The notes: generated by a model from the sequence alone, not told the origin. Counted from the first letter of the stretch, positions 37,662 to 47,551 are shown. The stretch is 64,000 nucleotides of DNA from Candidatus Blautia merdigallinarum (GCA_019119535.1 DWWV01000023.1:4655-68654), one strand, 5' to 3'. A program made the numbers and translations.

Positions 37662-38529
37662 AAGCCGGCTGGCAGTGATCCAGAGTGAAATGGTAAAAAA
37701 ATATATAGAAGAACACTCTCCGGAGATCCAGGCAGAGATCCTGACTATGAAAACAACAGGGGACATTATCCTGGACAGGACACTGGATAAGATCGGAGGA
37801 AAAGGGCTTTTTGTGAAAGAACTGGATAAGGCCCTTATGGAAAAGAGAAGTGACCTCTCTGTGCACAGCCTGAAGGATATGCCTATGGAAGTACCGGAGG
37901 AGCTGCCTTTGGTGGCCTATTCCAAAAGAGAGGATCCCCGGGATGTGCTGGTCCTTCCCAAAGGACAGGAAACCATGGACAAGAGGAAGCCTATAGGCTG
38001 TTCCAGCCTCCGGAGGATCCTTCAGCTGAAGGAGCTTTTTCCGGATATGGAATTTAAGAGCGTACGTGGAAATGTCCTGACCCGGCTGAAAAAGCTGGAC
38101 AGCGGAGAATACAGCGCCCTGGTCCTGGCAGCAGCAGGCCTGAAGAGACTGGGGCTGGAAGACAGGATCAGCCGTTATTTTACTGTGGAAGAAATCATAC
38201 CCGCTGCTGGCCAGGGAATCCTGGCAGTCCAGGGAAGGGCCGGAGAGGATTATTCTTACCTGGCAGATTTCCAGGATCCGGAGGCTGCCGCTGCAGCCAG
38301 AGCAGAGAGGGCCTTTGTCCGCTATCTGGACGGTGGCTGTTCTTCTCCCGTAGCGGCTCACGGACAGGTTCTGGGAGAGGAATTATTCCTCATGGGATTG
38401 TACTATGAGGAAGAAACAGGAAAATACATAAGAGGCAGCGAAAAAGGCAGAATTTCCTCGGCAGAGGAACTGGGGATTTCCCTTGCCCGCAAGCTGCAGG
38501 AAACATACAGGAAAGAAAATCAGCAGTAA
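37633..38529 (+). CDS. hemC: Hydroxymethylbilane synthase
   Basis: GSRESRLAVIQ, KTTGD, GKGLFVKE, VHSLKDMP, RGNVLTRL, GGCSSP. Confidence 0.96.
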   Translation: MKKVIIGSRESRLAVIQSEMVKKYIEEHSPEIQAEILTMKTTGDIILDRTLDKIGGKGLFVKELDKALMEKRSDLSVHSLKDMPMEVPEELPLVAYSKREDPRDVLVLPKGQETMDKRKPIGCSSLRRILQLKELFPDMEFKSVRGNVLTRLKKLDSGEYSALVLAAAGLKRLGLEDRISRYFTVEEIIPAAGQGILAVQGRAGEDYSYLADFQDPEAAAAARAERAFVRYLDGGCSSPVAAHGQVLGEELFLMGLYYEEETGKYIRGSEKGRISSAEELGISLARKLQETYRKENQQ

Positions 38530-38543
38530 AGGAGCAGATAGAT

Positions 38544-40055
38544 ATGAGTACAGGAAAGGTCTGGCTGGTAGGCGCCGGCCCGGGAGATCCGGGCCTGTTT
38601 ACCGTAAAAGGCAGAGAAATCTTACAGAACGCAGAGGTGGTAGTCTATGACAGCCTGGTTGGACAGGGAGTCTTATCCCAGATTCCCAAAGAGGCAAAAG
38701 CCATCAATGTGGGAAAACGGGCTTCTCATCACACTATGCCCCAGGAGAAGATCAATCAGGTCCTGGTAGAAGAGGCAAAGAAAGGCTACCGTGTGGTTCG
38801 TCTGAAGGGAGGGGATCCTTTCCTTTTCGGAAGAGGAGGAGAGGAGCTGGAGCTTCTGACAAAGGAGCAGATTCCCTATGAGGTGGTGCCGGGAGTAACT
38901 TCACCTATTGCAGTGCCTGCCTATAACGGCATCCCTGTGACTCACCGGGACTATACTTCTTCCCTTCATATTATCACCGGTCACAAACGCCAGGGAGAAG
39001 CCTACGATATTGATTTTAAGGCACTGGTGGACACCAAAGGCACCCTCGTTTTTCTCATGGGAGTTACAGCCCTTCCGGATATCTGCGCCTCTCTTCTGGA
39101 GGCAGGAATGGATCCTCAGATGCCTGCGGCAGTTCTCCAGAAAGGAACGACTGCAGGGCAGAAAAGGATTGTTTCCACAGTGGCGGAACTGCCGGAAGAA
39201 GTAAAGCGGCAGGGAGTGGAAACTCCGGCGATTATTGTGGTAGGGAAGGTCTGTGCTCTGGCAGAGGAATTTGCCTGGTATGAAAATCTTCCTCTGGCCG
39301 GGTATAAAGTATTGGTGACCAGACCAAAAGATCTGATTTCCACCATGTCTGCCAAGCTTCGGACACTGGGTGCGGAAGTTCTGGAACTGCCTGCTATACG
39401 GACAGAGCCTCTGGAAGACCAGAGAGAACTGCATCAGGCCTTTAACGAGCTGGATACTTATGACTGGGCTGCTTTCACCAGTCCTACAGGAGTGAAGATA
39501 TTCTTTGAAGAACTGCTGAAAACAGGAACAGATATCAGGAAGCTGGGAGGGATCCGGATTGCCGCTATCGGCAAAGGCACCGAGAAAGCTTTGAAAGAGA
39601 GAGGCTTGATCCCGGATCTGATTCCGGAAATCTATGACGGAGCTTCCCTTGGAAAAGCCCTGCGAGAAGCCTGCTGCGGGGAAGAGCGGATTTTGATCCC
39701 TCGTGCTAAGATTGGAAATCATGAAATTCTGGAGGAGCTGGAAAAGAAACCAGGCCTTCGGATCTCAGATATTGCCACTTATGATACCTTTTATGAAAAG
39801 CAGGAAATCATAGATGAGAAAAAAGAATTTGAACAGGGCGGGATAGACTGTGCGGTATTTACCAGCGCCTCTACAGTAAGAGGATTTGCAGCGGCCTGCC
39901 CGGATCTGGATTATACAAAGGTCACAGCGGCCTGTATTGGAAAACAGACAAAAGCAGCGGCAGACTCCTATGGAATGAAGACCTATATGGCCGAAAAAGC
40001 TACCATAGACAGTGTGCTGGAGCTGGTAATAAGATTAAAGGAAAAGGAGTGTTGA
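38544..40055 (+). CDS. cobA-hemD: Uroporphyrinogen-III C-methyltransferase / uroporphyrinogen-III synthase fusion
   Basis: LVGAGPGDP, RLKGGDPFLFGRGGEE; then VLVTRP, FTSPTGV, FTSASTV, CIGKQT. Confidence 0.93.
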   Translation: MSTGKVWLVGAGPGDPGLFTVKGREILQNAEVVVYDSLVGQGVLSQIPKEAKAINVGKRASHHTMPQEKINQVLVEEAKKGYRVVRLKGGDPFLFGRGGEELELLTKEQIPYEVVPGVTSPIAVPAYNGIPVTHRDYTSSLHIITGHKRQGEAYDIDFKALVDTKGTLVFLMGVTALPDICASLLEAGMDPQMPAAVLQKGTTAGQKRIVSTVAELPEEVKRQGVETPAIIVVGKVCALAEEFAWYENLPLAGYKVLVTRPKDLISTMSAKLRTLGAEVLELPAIRTEPLEDQRELHQAFNELDTYDWAAFTSPTGVKIFFEELLKTGTDIRKLGGIRIAAIGKGTEKALKERGLIPDLIPEIYDGASLGKALREACCGEERILIPRAKIGNHEILEELEKKPGLRISDIATYDTFYEKQEIIDEKKEFEQGGIDCAVFTSASTVRGFAAACPDLDYTKVTAACIGKQTKAAADSYGMKTYMAEKATIDSVLELVIRLKEKEC

Positions 40056-40058
40056 CAA

Positions 40059-41045
40059 ATGGACATGGGGATCAGACCCAGAAGACTCAGAGGGGGAGAA
40101 AGTTTAAGAAAGATGGTAAGAGAGACCAGAATGGATAAAAGCTCTCTGATCTACCCCATCTTTGTAAGAGAGGGAGAGAATCTGAAAGAAGAAATCGCTA
40201 CTATGCCTGGACAGTACCGGTACAGCCTGGACCGGCTTCCGGAAAAACTGGAGGAATTAAAAAAAGCAGGAGTAGATAAGGTAATGTTTTTCGGTATTCC
40301 TGACCACAAAGACGAGGTCGGAAGCCAGGCATATGCAGAGGATGGAATTGTTCAGAAGGCTCTTCGGAAAGCGAGAGAAGAATTTCAGGATGAGCTATAT
40401 CTGATCACCGATGTATGTATGTGTGAGTATACTTCCCATGGACACTGCGGCATCCTCTGTGGACACGAAGTGGACAATGACAAAACCCTGGAATATCTGG
40501 CCCAGACAGCTCTTTCTCATGCAGAGGCTGGAGCGGATATGGTAGCGCCCTCTGATATGATGGACGGAAGAGTCCGGGCTATCCGCACCATCCTGGATAA
40601 GAACGGCTACCGGGATATTCCCATTATGTCTTATGCAGTGAAATATGCCTCTGCCTTTTACGGACCTTTCCGTGATGCAGCAGGTTCTGCCCCGGCTTTC
40701 GGCGACAGAAAGAGCTATCAGATGGACTTCCATAACCGAAGAGAAGCTATTAAAGAAGCTCTTCTGGATGTAGAAGAGGGAGCGGATATTATCATGGTAA
40801 AACCGGCAATGAATTATCTGGACATTATCCGGGAGGTAAAAGACCAGATCCATCTTCCGGTGGCATCTTATTCCGTCAGCGGAGAGTACGCTATGGTCAA
40901 GGCAGGAGCAAAGCTGGGATACATAGAGGAGGACCGGATCATCTGTGAGATGGCAGTCAGCGCTTTCAGAGCAGGAACAGATATTTATTTAACTTATTTT
41001 GCAGAAGAAATCGCAAAATTCTTAGACGAAGGGAGAATCGGATAA
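40059..41045 (+). CDS. hemB: Porphobilinogen synthase
   Basis: RPRRLR, DVCMCEYTSHGHCG, APSDMMDGR, FYGPFRDAA, MVKPA. Confidence 0.96.
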   Translation: MDMGIRPRRLRGGESLRKMVRETRMDKSSLIYPIFVREGENLKEEIATMPGQYRYSLDRLPEKLEELKKAGVDKVMFFGIPDHKDEVGSQAYAEDGIVQKALRKAREEFQDELYLITDVCMCEYTSHGHCGILCGHEVDNDKTLEYLAQTALSHAEAGADMVAPSDMMDGRVRAIRTILDKNGYRDIPIMSYAVKYASAFYGPFRDAAGSAPAFGDRKSYQMDFHNRREAIKEALLDVEEGADIIMVKPAMNYLDIIREVKDQIHLPVASYSVSGEYAMVKAGAKLGYIEEDRIICEMAVSAFRAGTDIYLTYFAEEIAKFLDEGRIG

Positions 41046-42316
41046 TGACAAGATCAGAAGAGCTGTTTCAGAGAGCAGTGAAAAGAATCCCGGGAGGAGT
41101 AAACAGCCCGGTACGAGCCTTTGGTTCTGTAGATGAGGCTCCCAGATTTATCCAGGGAGCTGTGGGAAGCAAGATTTTTGATGTGGACGGAAACGCTTAT
41201 ACAGATTATATCGGTTCCTGGGGTCCTATGATCCTGGGGCATAATGATGAGCGGATAAAAGAAGCGGTGATCCGTGCCAGCGAGAACGGATTAAGTTTTG
41301 GCTGCGCTACAGAGCGGGAAGTAGAGATGGCAGAGTTTATCTGCCAGCGGATCCCTCATGTGGAAATGATCCGTATGGTGAATTCCGGTACAGAAGCAGT
41401 TATGAGCGCTATCCGCACGGCCAGAGGCTATACCGGCAAGAATAAGATTATTAAGTTCGCCGGCTGCTACCATGGTCATACGGACGCCATGCTGGTAAGT
41501 GCAGGAAGCGGCGTGATGACCAGCGGCGTACCGGATAGTGCCGGTGTGCCAAAAGGCTGTACCCAGGATACCATGATCGCAGTGTATAATGATCTTGACA
41601 GCGTGGAAAAATTAATGGCAGAAAGCCAGGACCAGGTGGCAGCAGTGATCGTAGAGCCGGTGGCTGCCAATATGGGTGTGGTTCCTCCTAAAGACGGTTT
41701 TCTTCAGGGGCTGCGGGACCTGTGCGATAAGCACAAAGCGCTGCTGATCTTTGATGAGGTGATTACCGGTTTCCGCTTAAGATTCGGGGGAGCGGCAGAA
41801 TACTACGGAGTGACGCCTGACATGGTTACTTATGGAAAAATCATCGGCGCAGGCATGCCTGTGGGAGCCTACGGCGGAAGAAAAGAGATCATGGAAATGG
41901 TGGCCCCCAGCGGCCCAGTCTACCAGGCAGGTACATTAAGCGGCAACCCTATTGCTATGGCAGCAGGTCTGGCTCAGCTGAAAATCCTCTGGGAGGACCA
42001 GGATATTTATAAACGTCTCTTCCAGAAAGGAGAAATCCTCTTTGAGGGAATCCGGAAGATTTTTGCGGAGAAGGAAATCGGATATCAGGTAAATTCCGTA
42101 GCTTCTCTTGGAAGTATTTTCTTTACAGAAACCCCTGTGGTGGATTACCAGTCAGCTAAGACTTCTGACACGGCGGCTTTCTCAAAATATTTTGAATATA
42201 TGCTGGAGCATGGAGTTCATCTGGCGCCTTCTCAGTTTGAAGCTATTTTCCTTTCTGACGCTCATACAGAGGAAGATATCCAGCAGTTCTTAGAACTATT
42301 AAACAATTATTTTTAG
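41045..42316 (+). CDS. hemL: Glutamate-1-semialdehyde 2,1-aminomutase
   Basis: PGGVNSPVRAF, NSGTEA, GCYHGH, FDEVITGFR, GKIIGAGMP, AGTLSGNP. Confidence 0.96.
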   Translation: MTRSEELFQRAVKRIPGGVNSPVRAFGSVDEAPRFIQGAVGSKIFDVDGNAYTDYIGSWGPMILGHNDERIKEAVIRASENGLSFGCATEREVEMAEFICQRIPHVEMIRMVNSGTEAVMSAIRTARGYTGKNKIIKFAGCYHGHTDAMLVSAGSGVMTSGVPDSAGVPKGCTQDTMIAVYNDLDSVEKLMAESQDQVAAVIVEPVAANMGVVPPKDGFLQGLRDLCDKHKALLIFDEVITGFRLRFGGAAEYYGVTPDMVTYGKIIGAGMPVGAYGGRKEIMEMVAPSGPVYQAGTLSGNPIAMAAGLAQLKILWEDQDIYKRLFQKGEILFEGIRKIFAEKEIGYQVNSVASLGSIFFTETPVVDYQSAKTSDTAAFSKYFEYMLEHGVHLAPSQFEAIFLSDAHTEEDIQQFLELLNNYF

Positions 42317-42323
42317 GTGAACT

Positions 42324-44021
42324 ATGTATAACGATACCGTAATCGGGCTGGGAGTGATCCTTTTGTTCCTGGTGGGAGCGGGAGTCCTGAATCATTATGA
42401 AAAGAGAAATCGAAAGAAACTTTTTCTGGAAAGGATGATGGCTTCCTGGGGCAAGATCCCCCAGCGGGAATACAGTTATGATGAACTGGAGCATATATCC
42501 CAGTTTTTCCGCAAAAGAGAAAAAGAAGGCTTTTATATTGACGATATTACCTGGAATGACCTGGATATGGACAGGATATTTGCCCTGGTCAACCAGAGCA
42601 TTTCTCCTATAGGAGACGAATATCTCTATGAGCTCCTGAGAAAGCCGGTTTTTGAGGAACGGGAATTACAAGAGCGGCAGAGACTTCTGGAATTTTTCTC
42701 AGAGAAAGAAAAGGAGCGGCACAAGGTACAGGCTCTTCTTGCCGGAATCCGAAAACCGGGAAATGTAAGCGTTTATGAGGCTGTCAGTGTAACGAAAGAG
42801 GTAGAGATCCAGGGAAAAGGATTCCAGATAGTTATGTGCGGCGCCTTTTTCCTTTCCCTTATGTTTTTTGCAGCCATGCCTTCGCCGGGAATCTTTTGCT
42901 TCCTGGGAGTCTGCATTCTGAATATTATTACGTATTTCATGCGAAAGCAGGATATTGATCTGTATCTAACCAGTTTCCGCTGTGTGATCCAGCTTCTGGA
43001 GGCACAGAAAAATCTGGAAAAACTGAAGATTCCGGAGCTCGTCTCTTATATGGAAGAAGGAAAAAGATGCCGGAAAGAACTGCGGGCCTTTCAGAAGGGA
43101 TCCTTTCTGGTCCTGGAGCAGAGCAGCACAGGGGGAGGGATGGAAGGGCTGATCATGGATTATATCCGTATGCTTACGCACATTGACCTGATTAAGTTTT
43201 CTACCATGATGAAGGCTATGCAGGAACATCAGGAAGAAATTTTGGGTCTGATGAAGATTTTCGGATATCTGGATGCCATGATCTCCATTGCGTCTTTCAG
43301 AGTAAGTCTGCCTTACTACAGCATACCGGAACTTGAAATGGCAGGCAAAGCTTATCTAAAGGTGGAAAACCTGTACCATCCGCTGCTTTCTCATCCTGTG
43401 GCCAACGGCATAGAGGCAGAGAACGGGATTTTGGTAACTGGCTCTAACGCCTCGGGAAAATCCACTTTTCTGAAGAATATAGCGGTAAATACCATTTTGG
43501 CTCAGACTATCTATACTGTTACAGCTTCTGAATACCAGGCGCCTTATTTTAAAGTTATGACTTCCATGGCTCTTCGGGATGATCTGGAAAGGGGAGAGAG
43601 CTATTTTATCGTGGAAATACGTTCCCTGAAAAGGATTTTAGATGAGACAGAAAAAGAAGGCTGTCTTTTATGTATCATTGATGAAGTCTTAAGAGGGACG
43701 AACACGATTGAAAGGATTGGTGCATCTTCCAGGATACTGGCGGGTCTGGACAGGGAGCATGTGCTGCCCTTTGCAGCTACCCATGATATTGAGCTGTCTT
43801 ATATTCTGGAGGACCTGTACGAAAACTATCATTTTGAGGAAGAAGTAAAGGAACATGAGGTAGTCTTTAATTACCTGCTGAAGGAAGGCAGAGTGACCAC
43901 CAGAAATGCCATACGCCTTTTGGAAATGACGGGATATCCGGAAAACCTGTCAGAAGAGGCAAAAAAAGCAGTGGCAGATTTTGAAGAGACAGGAATCTGG
44001 GAGAAAGTACAAAAATTCTGA
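42324..44021 (+). CDS. Membrane-anchored MutS-related protein (ATPase domain V only)
   Basis: N-terminal TM, DDITWNDLDM, YHPLL, TGSNASGKST, IIDEVLRGTNT, ATHD. Confidence 0.85.
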   Translation: MYNDTVIGLGVILLFLVGAGVLNHYEKRNRKKLFLERMMASWGKIPQREYSYDELEHISQFFRKREKEGFYIDDITWNDLDMDRIFALVNQSISPIGDEYLYELLRKPVFEERELQERQRLLEFFSEKEKERHKVQALLAGIRKPGNVSVYEAVSVTKEVEIQGKGFQIVMCGAFFLSLMFFAAMPSPGIFCFLGVCILNIITYFMRKQDIDLYLTSFRCVIQLLEAQKNLEKLKIPELVSYMEEGKRCRKELRAFQKGSFLVLEQSSTGGGMEGLIMDYIRMLTHIDLIKFSTMMKAMQEHQEEILGLMKIFGYLDAMISIASFRVSLPYYSIPELEMAGKAYLKVENLYHPLLSHPVANGIEAENGILVTGSNASGKSTFLKNIAVNTILAQTIYTVTASEYQAPYFKVMTSMALRDDLERGESYFIVEIRSLKRILDETEKEGCLLCIIDEVLRGTNTIERIGASSRILAGLDREHVLPFAATHDIELSYILEDLYENYHFEEEVKEHEVVFNYLLKEGRVTTRNAIRLLEMTGYPENLSEEAKKAVADFEETGIWEKVQKF

Positions 44022-44123
44022 GACATGCTGTAAATATAGAAGAGAAAAGGCAGGAATCCACCGGAAACTGTCAGACTGTTTTCCTTGACGGAGAGGCCGG
44101 ATGTTGTCATAATAGAAGATGTC

Positions 44124-44155
44124 AAAAGACAATGCTGTCTTTTCTTTTTACTTTT
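44124..44155. terminator. Hairpin plus T tract after the hem-mutS operon
   Basis: AAAAGACA-ATGC-TGTCTTTT followed by CTTTTTAC. Confidence 0.55.
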
Positions 44156-44399
44156 TGTTTTTATTTCTTCAATCAGCGTGTCTGCTGGAAACTCAAAGAC
44201 TAAATCATCATTCGCTGTGAGAAAACAGAAGATGGGAGTGATAAAAGAAAAAAGAACCCGTTCTAAATCTGCACAGGCAGACATTTCTCGTTTATCGCAG
44301 CGGTGCATAAACGTCTGATTTATGACCATGGAAAGCACAGTCTTCGAGTTTACCATTGGGTTGGAGCTGCGGATACGCAGCTCCATTTGCACAATATGG

Positions 44400-44440
44400 G
44401 GACTGCCGCATAAGCAGAAATCTGCTTTATGCGGCAGTCC
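44400..44440. repeat. Near-perfect palindrome downstream of the Cys-rich gene
   Basis: GGACTGCCGCATAAGCAG-AAAT-CTGCTTTATGCGGCAGTCC. Confidence 0.7.
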
Positions 44441-44452
44441 TTTCCTGTTATT

Positions 44453-44695
44453 TTAGCAGCATCCGTTTCCGCATCCGTTGCCACATCCGCACAGGAGCAG
44501 TAAGATCAGGATCAGACAGCTAGAGTCGCTGCATCCGTCATTACCGCTGAAGGTATTGCCGTTTCCACAGCAGCTCAATAAAAGCAGAATCCAGATGATG
44601 CAGCTGCATCCGCCGCCGAATAAGCCACGGCTCATGCCTCCTCCGCAGTTATCGTCGCAACCGCAACCACAATTTGTAGCAGCTAAATCACTCAT
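44453..44695 (-). CDS. Small Cys/Gly-rich protein (80 aa, 15 Cys), probable spore coat/exosporium component
   Basis: RBS GGAGG. MSDLAATNCGCGC.. with two repeats of C-hydrophobic-CxCGNG. Confidence 0.8.
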   Translation of the reverse strand: MSDLAATNCGCGCDDNCGGGMSRGLFGGGCSCIIWILLLLSCCGNGNTFSGNDGCSDSSCLILILLLLCGCGNGCGNGCC

Positions 44696-44729
44696 GAATG
44701 TTTCCTCCAAAAATATTGTTTACACTTAC

Positions 44730-44757
44730 ATACTATGCATTGGGAAAAAAAGGGTGC
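44730..44757 (-). promoter_or_regulatory. SigK-type promoter
   Basis: Minus strand GCAC-N16-CATAGTAT matches the AC-N16-CATANNNT consensus. Confidence 0.55.
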
Positions 44758-44765
44758 AAAATATT

Positions 44766-46460
44766 TCAGGGAGAAGACAGAGAAACAAATACCTGATACA
44801 CATCTAAAAGTCCGTACCCCCATTCCCGGTTTGGATAAAGATTATCTCCCCGTCTTTGGGCTCCCCGGATGAAGAGGGATTTCATCTCCTCACTGTTAAA
44901 GATCCTGGAGGGAGTCCGATTCATACCCCATTCCATGACCAAAGCACTGGCCCCTGCGGTAATTGCAGCAGCAGCAGACGTACCGGTAATCGTGGTATAG
45001 CGCTGTCTCGGAGCAGGGGCAAAAACATTTACTCCCGGAGCAGCAATATCCGGCTTGATCTGTCCTGTTCTTGTATAACCCCGGCTGGAATTCAGATAGA
45101 GACTGTTGTTGTATGCATTGTAGGCGGCTGTTGTGATTACAGAGAGAGAAGTGCCGGGGGAGGTAATGGTGGTATCAGGATTAGGCTCCAGAAAAGTCAC
45201 ATCCGGATTTGAAAAACCAGTGATCGGAAGCCAGATATGATAGCTGCCGCTGTTGTAGTTTCCTGTATACACACGGATTTTCCAGGATCCGGGAGTTGGA
45301 TCTGTGAAACGGATAAAAATAAGCTGGCTTCCGGAAACTGTCTGGATGATTTCAGAACTGACAAAAATTTTGGTATTTTCCAGGATAAAAGAAATATTTT
45401 CACTGTAGCTGAGTCTGGGAGGAATCTTCTGGACCACCTCCCCTAAAGGGGATTCAAAACCAACCGCATAGACTTCCGGAGGCTGTCCCCAAAGTTCAGC
45501 GCAAAATCCCCGGGTGCCTTCCTTTACCAGAATTTCCACAGCGTTATACTCTGTAGAGTTTAGAGCAGTACCATAGTAGTGGTGAGCTCTTCCGGCTTCA
45601 TTGCCTGCAGCGGATACGCCGATAATGCCCCGGAACTGATTTGTGACAGACAGCATGGAGTCCAGTGGAGAATCCCCAGAATGAGCACCCTGGCTGGTGC
45701 CAAGCCCCAGACAGATTACCAGAGGTTTTAACAGCTCTTCCGAGAGCCGGATGAGATAACGGATGCCGGCCATGATGTCCGTCATCTGATAGGCAGGAGC
45801 GTCTCCTGTAACATAAAAAAGAGACTTTAAGTATTCCTTGGCAGGCTTCAGCTTGACTGCTGCGATCATTGCCTGGGGAGCGGCTCCAGCGAAGTCATTT
45901 TCAGGAAGGGCAGTACCGGCGGCAATCCCGGCAAGAGCCGTACCATGGCCGATTTCGTCCTGGCTGGGAACCAGAGAATAAGGATCCTCCAGTGCCAATG
46001 CCTGATTAATTTCCTGCCGGGTATAGACACTTCCATATTCCAGATCGTAGGGCGGTGTGCCGGTCTGAACCGTCTGGTCCCAGAGACCGTATATACGGCT
46101 GCTGCCGTCACTTCTTCTAAAAGCCGGATGAGTATAGTCAATTCCCGTATCAATAAATCCCAGGATAATATCCTGGCCGGTAAGTTTCAGTACCGGCTGG
46201 TTCTGTACCTGGGTAATCCCTGCTGCATCCAGATTTACCGTGTCCAAAAGTGTGTAGAGCTTGGGCACAGTGGCATAAAAAAAGCCCTCCTCAAAAAAAG
46301 CGGCAAAGGACCGCTCAGAAAGGGGATAATGGATCATCCCGTAATACTCATTAAAGACTTGTGCGCCCTGTTCCCGATATTGATTGAGAAAACAGGGAAA
46401 ATAAGGGACGATGACATCTGCGTACTCTTCGGAAAGAATCATTTCTCGTATAGATGGCAT
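44766..46460 (-). CDS. Csp-like subtilase (S8), germination protease family
   Basis: Triad GFIDTGIDYTHP, DEIGHGT, ITGTSAA; jelly-roll insertion; WGYG. ATG 46460 follows GGAG. Confidence 0.85.
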   Translation of the reverse strand: MPSIREMILSEEYADVIVPYFPCFLNQYREQGAQVFNEYYGMIHYPLSERSFAAFFEEGFFYATVPKLYTLLDTVNLDAAGITQVQNQPVLKLTGQDIILGFIDTGIDYTHPAFRRSDGSSRIYGLWDQTVQTGTPPYDLEYGSVYTRQEINQALALEDPYSLVPSQDEIGHGTALAGIAAGTALPENDFAGAAPQAMIAAVKLKPAKEYLKSLFYVTGDAPAYQMTDIMAGIRYLIRLSEELLKPLVICLGLGTSQGAHSGDSPLDSMLSVTNQFRGIIGVSAAGNEAGRAHHYYGTALNSTEYNAVEILVKEGTRGFCAELWGQPPEVYAVGFESPLGEVVQKIPPRLSYSENISFILENTKIFVSSEIIQTVSGSQLIFIRFTDPTPGSWKIRVYTGNYNSGSYHIWLPITGFSNPDVTFLEPNPDTTITSPGTSLSVITTAAYNAYNNSLYLNSSRGYTRTGQIKPDIAAPGVNVFAPAPRQRYTTITGTSAAAAITAGASALVMEWGMNRTPSRIFNSEEMKSLFIRGAQRRGDNLYPNREWGYGLLDVYQVFVSLSSP

Positions 46461-46588
46461 AAAAACTCCCATGTTTTTGGCTCTTCATTCTTTTCAATCT
46501 ATGAATGTTCCCTGAAAATCTTGACTGGAACCAGGGAGATTTCCCAAGAATATGATATAGAAAAACAAAGGTATATCTGAGAAAGTTC

Positions 46589-47419
46589 ATGAGGGAATTA
46601 AGTGGTAAGGGAATCGGAGTGGCTGTTTTAGATACAGGCGCTTTTCCTCATATAGATTTTGGCAGCAGGATCTGGGCCTTTCGGGATTATATCCATGGAC
46701 GGGAACAGGCCTATGATGATAACGGACATGGCACCCATGTGCTGGGAATACTGGGCGGGAGCGGGGCTGCCTCTGGCGGGAAATACAGGGGTACAGCGTC
46801 TGGCTGCGGCCTCATTCCCATTAAAGTTTTAGATGAAAAAGGAAACGGAAATAAGGAAAAGGTTATCCAGGCACTGAAATGGATTGAAGAAAATATGGAA
46901 CGCTATCATATCCGGATTGTAAATATTTCTGTAGGGACTACCCAGGGGAAAGGACATGAGGACCTGATAGAGGCAGTGGAAGAAGCCTGGGATAAAGGAC
47001 TGGTGGTTGTGGCTGCAGCAGGCAATATGGGGCCGGGAAAAGGGAGCATTACAGCTCCGGGCAGCAGCCGGAAGATCATTACAGTAGGCTCCTCCGATAT
47101 GCTGGTACGTAATCAGGGAATATCCGGAAGAGGCCCTACGAAAGACTGCATCAGCAAGCCGGACATTGTGGCTCCGGGAAATGAGATTATTTCCTGTTCT
47201 AATAAAAATTGTCCTTATCCCTACACCAGAAAAAGCGGTACTTCTATGTCTACCCCTGTTGTATCCGGGGGAATCGCACTGCTTCTGGAAAAATATCCGG
47301 AGCTGACCAATCTGGAAGTGAAAAAACGGCTGAGGGCTACAGCAAAAGACCTGGGCTATCCCCATAATCTTCAGGGTTGGGGACTTTTTCAGCTGCAAAA
47401 CTTTTTGAAAATGCCATAA
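46589..47419 (+). CDS. Subtilisin-like serine protease (AprX-like catalytic domain only)
   Basis: AVLDTG, DDNGHGTHV, AAAGN, KPDIVAPG, SGTSMSTP; no signal or pro-peptide. Confidence 0.87.
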   Translation: MRELSGKGIGVAVLDTGAFPHIDFGSRIWAFRDYIHGREQAYDDNGHGTHVLGILGGSGAASGGKYRGTASGCGLIPIKVLDEKGNGNKEKVIQALKWIEENMERYHIRIVNISVGTTQGKGHEDLIEAVEEAWDKGLVVVAAAGNMGPGKGSITAPGSSRKIITVGSSDMLVRNQGISGRGPTKDCISKPDIVAPGNEIISCSNKNCPYPYTRKSGTSMSTPVVSGGIALLLEKYPELTNLEVKKRLRATAKDLGYPHNLQGWGLFQLQNFLKMP

Positions 47420-47456
47420 CTGCTGGTTATGGACATTATTAAAGTTGAAAAATTTA

Positions 47457-47492
47457 TTGACAGGCTTTGTATAATTGTATACAATGATACAA
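47457..47492 (+). promoter_or_regulatory. SigA promoter overlapped by GntR/FadR-type operator
   Basis: TTGACA (47457)-17-TACAAT (47480); perfect palindrome TTGTATACAA at 47475-47484 with flanking half-sites. Confidence 0.7.
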
Positions 47493-47551
47493 GCAGTTCT
47501 ATATAGTAGCGTATGAAACTATGATTTTACAGAGAATGAGGAGTGAGAGAA

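Noticed and set aside
37543-39722. 272-aa and 273-aa minus-strand ORFs
   Set aside because: Antisense to hemC and cobA-hemD.
43871-44392. 173-aa minus ORF and 77-aa plus ORF (44085-44318)
   Set aside because: They overlap the MutS-like gene or terminator, lack an RBS, and resemble no family I know.
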